This document shows, one piece after another, positions 20,501 through 29,500 of a stretch of DNA of 53,750 nt. The translations under genes and the position numbers were made by a program. Every line of letters begins with the position of its first letter. Position 1 is the stretch's first letter. The notes under the pieces were generated by a model that saw only the letters and a program-made list of their open reading frames with translations, made no database searches and was not told the DNA's origin. Origin of the DNA: Candidatus Thorarchaeota archaeon. Its GTDB lineage: Archaea > Asgardarchaeota > Thorarchaeia > Thorarchaeales > Thorarchaeaceae. Where the stretch lies: contig JAEORO010000184.1 of the NCBI GenBank assembly GCA_016840855.1, forward strand, positions 1 through 53,750, in the 5' to 3' direction.

Positions 20501-23500
20501 TGAAAACCATGCTGACATCTCTTGGGCTGAAACTCTCCTTCGAAGGTTCCGCGAAATTCGTGGTGAATCTCTTCACCTTTAAAGGAGGTATGTTTGAATG
20601 GGACAATTTCTTCAAGATTGTGGAGTGGGGTCTTCACATAAAGATCCACATTGGGAAAGTGTTCACACTTCTTGACTTCCTAACAGCTGGAGTTGGTGGT
20701 GGCGCATTAAATGCGGTTGCTGAATTTCTGGGTCTTGACATGATTACAATCGAGGTATACTTCGAGATCGCCCTCGACATTGTGAAGAAAGCTGCCACTG
20801 CAATTGCTCCAGAAGTATCTAGTATGACCCTCACCATCATATTCGGGCTCTCGTTGCATATTCCAATAGAACTGATAATAGTAGCCATAACCATAGACGG
20901 GACGCTGGAAATCATACTGACGTTCTTCCAAGACTTTGCAGACCCAGCGCCAATGAAAATAACACTGCGGCTGATATTTACTCTTAAGGTCAAGTTCCGG
21001 TTCCTGTTCTTCAGCGACTCTGCGACATTCTCCTGGGAGCCAGGTGGTCCTTGGGATCTCTCACCCAACAAGGGTGAAACAGAGTATAAGGAGTCCGGAG
21101 TAGGGTTCGATACGGATGGAGACGGTCTAAGCGACGCTTTTGAGAATTCAACGCCGGGATTGGACTTTACTAAGGCTGATACTGATGGTGATGGAGCAAA
21201 CGACAAACTCGAGTTCCAGACGATGAAAACGGACCATACTAATCCTGACAGCGATGGAGACGGTCTCCTTGATGGCCGCGAGTGGGATCTTGGAACCAAT
21301 CCCATGAGACAAGATACTGATTGGGATGATGTGGACGACTACAAAGAAGTGGAAGTCTATGGTACCAACCCACTTGAGCAAGACACTGATGGAGACGGGC
21401 TCACTGATGCATACGAAATATACACCAAACTGGACATCTCAAATGTAACACCAACCGTCACAGAAGTCATCATAGGAGGGGAGTCATTCAATGACCGTAC
21501 TGACCCTCTGAATCCAGATACAGATGGAGACGGGCTTCTTGATGGAGATGAAGGCCCAATGGGTGCATTCTATGGAGACCCTTCACTCTACAATGCTACT
21601 GAAGATTCCAGCTCAGAAAGCGGTTGGGCAATGGACCCGAACCCGCTCTTCTTCAATGGTGGATTCACGCATCCTCTAGATGCAGACACGGATGATGACT
21701 CAGCATTACAATTGTATAATGGTGTTGTCGACTCACAGGCATATCTATTCCTCAAAGATATGAATGACGGCGCAGAAGTCGCAGGGTTCTGGATAATCGT
21801 CTATGATGAGGAAGGCGAGCCTGAGAACAAGCATGTGTTCACCAATCCATGTAACCCTGACACTGATGGAGACACCGGCGTCACTGACCGGACACCTCAA
21901 CCAGGAATGTGGCTCAATAGCGATGGGTATGAACTTGCCCAAACTCCGCCTACTGATCCAACTGACGGTGATTCCGATGATGATGGAATTTTGGATGGTC
22001 TAGAGGGAGTTCTTAATCCTTACAGCAACCATACTAATCCAAATGATCCTGATACCGATGACGATGGACTATTCGACCTCCAAGAGATCCTCCTCGGTTC
22101 TGACCCACGAGAGCAAGACACCGATGGAGATATGATTTCAGACGGTGATGAGTTCTATATCTTCTTCACAAATCCCAATGTCTGGGACTCTGATTTCGAT
22201 GGACTAGGAGACGGTGAAGAAGTCTTCATCTGGCACACAAATCCCCTCACAGACGACAGCGACGCGGATAAGATATACGACGGGGTCGAAGTGCTGATAT
22301 TTGGTTCAGATCCGATGGATGACGATTCTGATAATGATGGATTAACTGACTATGAGGAAATCTACGTCTATTACACAGACCCGTTCGACTATGACACGGA
22401 TGATGACCTCTTGTCCGATGGCGAGGAGATTGAGATCTACAACTGTGACCCACTTTCATGGGATACTGACCGCGACTCAATAACTGAGCCAAACGAGTTA
22501 GGTGAGATGACCTTCCCCCTAAGCGACTATCAAGAGGCTAAAGGCTTCTACATCTACAAGATGGATGAGTCAGGTGTCATGTATCAGGAGTGGGTGTTCA
22601 CAAACATTACACAATCAGATACGGATGAAGATGGTCTAAGTGATGCAATGGAACTGTATCTCGCTTCAGGGAAGATACCCTGGCTTGATCCCATTCCACT
22701 CGACCCTACAAACAAGGACACCGACCATGACTTTATTCCCGATGGAACTGAAATGGCGATAGAGAATGTCTCAGGACTCATTTATCCATATAGAGCAATG
22801 ACCCTTGTCTTCAGGTACAATACATCTCCTGTTGACCGAGACACTGACGATGACTTGCTTATTGATTACCAGGAAGTTCTAGTGTTCAACACAAATCCTG
22901 CAAACAATGACACTGATAATGATGGCATCACCGATTGGTGGGAAACCTGGGTATACAATACCTCAGCGTTGTACAATGACACAGATGGCGATGAGCTCTA
23001 TGATAATGAAGAAACGCTCGTAGAGGTCTGGCCGTATGGGCCATGGCCGCCATCTAATTGGTCCATAGGAATGGGCACTGAGGAGATGTTGGCGTATGCT
23101 GGAGCTTCTTCATTTGCCTTGGCTGAAGAGTCTCCAATATTGCAGTATGTTCCAGCACAGGCCATCTACGGAACTCTAGCGACGGATCCGGACTGTGACG
23201 ATGATTGGTTACCGGATGGTTCAGAAGTCAATTTTTACCATACAGACCCGCTAGATGACGACTCAGATAATGATGGTACGCCAGACACATTGGAGTTTGA
23301 CACAGACTTCGATGGACTTCAAGACGGTCTCGAGTTTCAATTGAAGCTCTACAGAACTGGTGGAGGGATATTGGACCAAGACTCGGATGGTGATGGTGTA
23401 TCTGACGGTGCAGAATACTACATCTACGGAACTGATCCCGCATCGGTGGATACCGATGGAGATGGCTATCCTGATGGTTTGGAGATAGCGATTGGAACCG

Positions 23501-26500
23501 ATCCACTGACCGCAACTACACCAACAGAGTATGAGGAAGCGATAGCAGTATCGCGTGGTGAGGCGTCAATGGACGTCTTGATGCCCTTGGCTGTGGTGAA
23601 CAACGCACAGACTGTCGATGTCAATGTTCTGAATTACACGTCTTTCAAGAGCATGAAGTTCAGGTATAACACAAGTGATGGGTGGAGCACCAACTATACG
23701 ATGACCTACAACCCAGCGACAATGACCTGGGTCTACACAGACATGCAATGGGATGTTGGCACCTACGAACTCCAAGTATTTGCTGTTGACTACAGTGATG
23801 ACGACCACATGGCTGTGAGAATCTTTAAGGTCGCTGCAACTCCGACCTATCCTGAACCTATTAGTCCACTTGTCTATCTTGCAATAGGGCTTGGTTTGGG
23901 AGCTTTTCTAATCCTATTCCTACTCTATGGAATGCCGCTGATAGTCAGGTACATGAAGAAACGAGGGAAAGAGCCTGATGAGAAGCCTCCTGAATTGGCG
24001 GCTCTCACTGAGGATGTTTCAGAGGAGAGTTCTGAGAAAAGCACCAAGAAGAAGACCAGCTCTTCAAAGAAGGAAACAAAGGGTAAGACTCCTAAGAAGA
24101 AATCTGGCAAGGGAAGCAGCAGTCTAGCTTTGATGTTTCTTGCGATGACATTCCTAGGAATGCTATTGGTCAGCTCATTTGGCTATGTTCCAAGCATGCC
24201 AATGAGAGGAATGGAAGATGACACATCATTATACGACGAATATCCTGCAGGATGGGAAGACCTCCCACCTGAACTTCAAGGTCAGATTGCCGAGATGTTC
24301 AATCCCACTGTCCAGAAAATGCCATCAGATCAAGACATCGGGCAAGTGCTTGGCGATAGGGTGAATGATTATGCCTTGAACTATGAGCCGTGGCGTTCAA
24401 AGGCTGCAATACATGCTGTTGCTTACGATGAGGGTACTGGCTTCCTAGCACTTGGTGGTGGCTATCTGTATGACAACCAGATTCATGTGTTTAGACTGAA
24501 TACAGAAACAAAACTATGGGACAAGGTTTGGGACACTGGAGACAGTGTTTTCCAGAGTGATGTCATGGCTCTCGACTTCGGTGACACAGACCTTAACAAC
24601 CTCATTGAGATTGTGGCTGGGTGTTCTGATGGTTATGTATATGTCTTCGAGCAACGGCACCTCTATGACCCATATGCAAACACAGAGAATCAGTTCGACC
24701 ATGTCTGGACATCACCAAAAATGTTCAGAGTCTTTGCATTGAAGGTCGATGATGTTGACCGTGACTACAGACCAGACATTATAGCAGGCGGATGGGATGG
24801 AAAGCTACATCTCTTTGAGTATGACAATCACTCAGGATATCCATTCGTCGAGGAACACTGGATTACCTATGATGAGGTAGCAACACTGAGTGTGGGAGAT
24901 AAAATATACAGTCTTGAAACTGGTGACACGAACTATAATGGTCTTCCAGAGATTATTTGTGGGACTCGAGATGGGACTGTCTATGTCTTTGAGAATGATG
25001 GTGTGACCATCATGATAAATGGTCAGCCGTTCCCATTGATATATGACAACCACTACTATCTCAACTGGACCTCTGAGAATTATACATGGACACCAATTCA
25101 ATCAATGGCTGTAGGAGAACTTGACAACACGCCAGGTGATGAAATTGTCCTGATAGCTCAGGGGCAAGGAGTCTTTACGCTGGAATGGAACCCTACAAAA
25201 CACACCTATGATTATCAAAAGGTATATCGTGACTTCAAGCCTTGGGAAACCTTTGGGTTCTGGGGTCTCGATAATTATGTTGATAGAATAATCTATGCTC
25301 ATAACGTGACTTATCACGACCCAATCAATCCCAGCATCATCGAGAATGAACCGATTCAGTATGTATGGAACGATATTCTCGAGATCTTTGAGCCAGATGC
25401 AAGCGTATATCCGTATAACTCAGGGATGGCGGGGCCAGTTCATCTTACTGCAGGTGCATTAGATGGAAACTTCTCTAATTTCAATGCGTTTCTTGTTGGT
25501 GTTGACAATGCCACTGCAATCTTGGACTTTGGTCTAGATGAAGAAGGAACAGGTGGAGCGAATAGTAATGATGACCTTGTTATCTACTTCAAGTCAGGTA
25601 CTGATTTGGGTCACCTTGGTTCTGACTTCTGGTTCTATATCTCACAGGACGGCACAGACTGGGAACTCATTCCATCAGACAAATTCTATCCAGGAACAGA
25701 TGTTGTTGGTGTCGATGTGGATGATGCTCTCTCGAAAAGAAGGTGGGATTGGTTCCGGTACGCAAAGATTATGGTGAATAACTCAGGGTTCTATCAAATA
25801 AATGGAATTGAACTCACGCAGGTCTATAATACCCTCACTGATGCCTTGAGTGTCACCGTTGGACCTCTGAGGTTGGATGGAATGAGCTATCTCCAAGGTT
25901 TAGATGAACCAATCAAAATCATTGTTGGCAGTGTAACTGGTGAAATCAATGCAATAATGTACAATAGTTCAACATACAAGTATGACGTGATATATGACTC
26001 AGGGGATGACTCGTTCTACACCTTTGGAGCTAATATCTGGGACATGGTCTATGTTGGTAATGAACCCGATGTACCAACATGGAACTGGCAATATGGAATG
26101 CCTTGGACTCCTGACGGTGGAACAACCTATAATTCGTGGAGTTATGCTACTCTAAATCCATGGCTATATGGAGGTGCTACGTTCAATTATTTGATGGGCA
26201 CTAATGAAGGGCAGATCAGAGCATTCACGGTTCCAGATGTTGTACCTGTTGCATCGCCACCTGAACTCGATTTTACTACTCAGGTATACTTGAATAATAT
26301 CAATATCGATTTACCATTGGAGGGATGGCAGAGTGTATCTGTTGAAGCACCATTCTTCATGAACGGTTATGAGTTAGCTAATCAATACAGCGTGTGGCCC
26401 TTCATTGCACTTGGTCTCTACAACCCATCAATTTCTATAGAGAGCATTCCACTGACTACAGAGGAAGATGCACCATCAAGAGCCACAGTTGCCTTCTATT

Positions 26501-29500
26501 ATAGAGACTCTGATACCCAACCATTCAATCATAGAATCAACCTCTATGAAATGGATACGACGGGTGAACTTACAGAGCTCATCAACCTCGCAAAAGCCGA
26601 GCCAAAAATGGACTTTGCTGATTTCGATAGAGATGGTGATCTCGATTTCATCATATCAAACGGATATGTTCAGATGGCTCGAAACATGTGGTATGAGGAT
26701 GAATCGCTTAACTTCACTTTGGTCAGGGGCTACTTTGACGAAATAAATTCGAAGGAAACCAGTAAAATCTGGGGTCAGCCTGAGATGGTGGATATCGACT
26801 CAGATGGAGATTTAGACATTATCCTGAGCTATGCAAATAGCATGGGTGCAACTTGTTGGATTAACGAGGGAACTGCTGAGGATCCAGTCTGGGTTGAAGA
26901 CAAGAAGATAATGTCTAACCCATTACCTGATACCAATATGAAATACCAAAACTTCACCGACATTCGAATTGTACCAAAGCTCGGTGGGTATGTTAGTGGA
27001 TACACACTAGAGAGATGGTACGAGTTCTGGGGGTGGGATATGGACTTCGATTGGACACTTGCTGGTTACCGCGAGTGGAATCAAAGAATAGCATGGGCTG
27101 CTCCAGAATTCGATACAACAGAGAGTTACATCGTTGCCAGCTATCCCAGAGTGGCTCAACTAGACTTTAGCCTCATGAGCGGTGGCTTAGTTGGATATGA
27201 AATCTATAGCAATATTGGATTCCATATTCACGAATCATGGAGCAATGATGCGGACCTTAAAGAGTGGACTCTGTCTATTGCCACTGGAGACATTGATGGC
27301 GATGGAAATGGAGAACTGATCATAGGTGACTACGACAATAATGTCTATGCATTCGAACACCTAACAAAGAACAACTACAAGAGAATGTTCCGTTCCTTCG
27401 ATCTCAATCATACAGAAGTAACAGATGTTTCTCCGTACCTCTATGAGGAATTAGAGGGTATCTCGGGAGACTTCAACAGAAGAATCTGGGACCATGCGAA
27501 GCACCTTGTTGCAGATGTTGATCTTGACCAAGACGGATTGAAAGAGATAATCGTTGCATCGAACCTTCAGATTTACGTATTTGAGGATGCTGGCTTGTAC
27601 GGGGGCGACTTGCTTACCTATCAGTACTCAATCGACTTGCGTGATTCAGCCTGGGCCGATAGAGATGAATTCATCGACCTAGTGACAGAGATTACTGCCA
27701 TGGCGGCGGGAGATGACCTCGATTATAATGGAGAGCTTGAGCTTGCTGTTGCAGCAGGACCATATCTCTTCATCTACAATATCCCGGTTGGTGAGTTTGA
27801 TGGATTTGAAGACAAGGAGTTCTTCGTAACATCTCCAGCATTAGAAGGGAGATACTACTTAGTTGGGAATCCAGAACTTCCTGAGTTCAGGTACTACTAC
27901 ATTAATGCGATAACACTTTGCGATACTGATCAGGATGGCTACAAAGAAGTCCTCATTGGAGGCATCAAGGACACTCGACTAATACGTCAGGATGGCTTTG
28001 TACATCTATATGAATGTCAGGGAGGTACTTTCTACAAAGTGTGGGAAGCTCCAGATGAGGTGACATATTGGAATCCAATTAGTGTATTAACACTTGATGA
28101 TCAGGATATGGATGGAGCTCAGGAGATTGTTATTGGACACACCAATGGTTTTGACCTGTGGGAATGGATAGAAGGTACTGATTCAAAATATCAGAAAGTG
28201 GAGTATGTAACTGCATCGCCAAACTATCCAGTAGTCCCATTAAGGTCAACAGCATATGATACTGGCGATTTTCCAGACTCCGCAACTACAGAACGGTCCA
28301 TCAAGGATATGGCTAAAGGAGTCTATGGAGCGATGGTGAATTGGACTCTCATGGTCTATGAGAACGGTAAGGAGATATGGTACAAGTGGTACTCAGAAGT
28401 CGCTGACGACTGGTTACCTGGTGCTAAGTGGATGGACCTAGCAGGACTTGCCTATACAACTAACTTTAGCACGATTATATCTGAAACACGCCCTAGTGTG
28501 TTAATACCTGCCAATGGAGACATCTACGCCTCATGGGAAGTTTGGGATTCAGGCGGCCAACACTACATTGCATTGTGTTGGGGTGACGTGTCAGCTGGTC
28601 TCTGGCATGGACCAATTCTTTGGCCAGATACCTATGGTATAATACCTATTGGTCAAACATCTTATGACCGATACTATCCGAGCCTCTTTGAATACGACTC
28701 AGGCAATATTGGTATAGTATTCATGTATGATGCGTGGAATGCGTTTACAGGAAATGTGTATGGTCGAGTTGGGGCAGCTTATGCAGCAAAGGATCTATCA
28801 AGTGGGTGGACAAATCGACATCCTGATTTCAATGATAAGACATACTTCCAAGCTCATGATGTTGATGTTGTAGAGCTTAGTGATGGTGACTTTGCTATCG
28901 CTATGTCAGCAGTTTACACTCGATCTTCAAAGGCTGATATCGATGTTTGGGTGGTTGTTGGTAACAGCAACTTCAACTTCACTGGTGCAAATCCACATCA
29001 GGCGACCACATCTTATGACGATGAAATGTTTGTTTCAGTTGAGGAATTGGAATCCGATGAACATGCAATCGTTGTGACATACGAATCCATTGGAGTAGAG
29101 CTCGAAGATAGAATTGGCATGGTTTCTAGCACTACAAAGGGTAGAGAGTGGAGTCTCCAAGAAACACTCAACACGATACCTAGATACATCTCAAGAACAG
29201 AGATGCCGGGAGGATACGTTTACTATTATATTGAGGGGTCCCCATTTGCGATCTATCAGCTTTCAATATTCTCACCCACTGTAGTTGCCAGGGATGGAGC
29301 AGGATTTTTGTATGCAGCTACTTTCAGCTATAAAGTCTACATTCCTCCAGGAGTAATCACAGACAAGGGAATCTGGCTCTGTGTCCACGACATTGTTTAC
29401 GGATTCAATCCACAGTCTGATTGGACATTGAACCATCTGAGAGATGTCATTGACCTAGATGTTGGAGATACTGACTCAGATGGGAGAAGAGAGGTCGTTG

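Noticed and set aside
21109-23505. Recurrent GAYACNGAYGGNGAY DNA motifs as a possible CRISPR or tandem DNA repeat
   Set aside because: Repeats are in frame, vary at synonymous positions and have no constant repeat-spacer structure; no cas genes. They are protein repeats.
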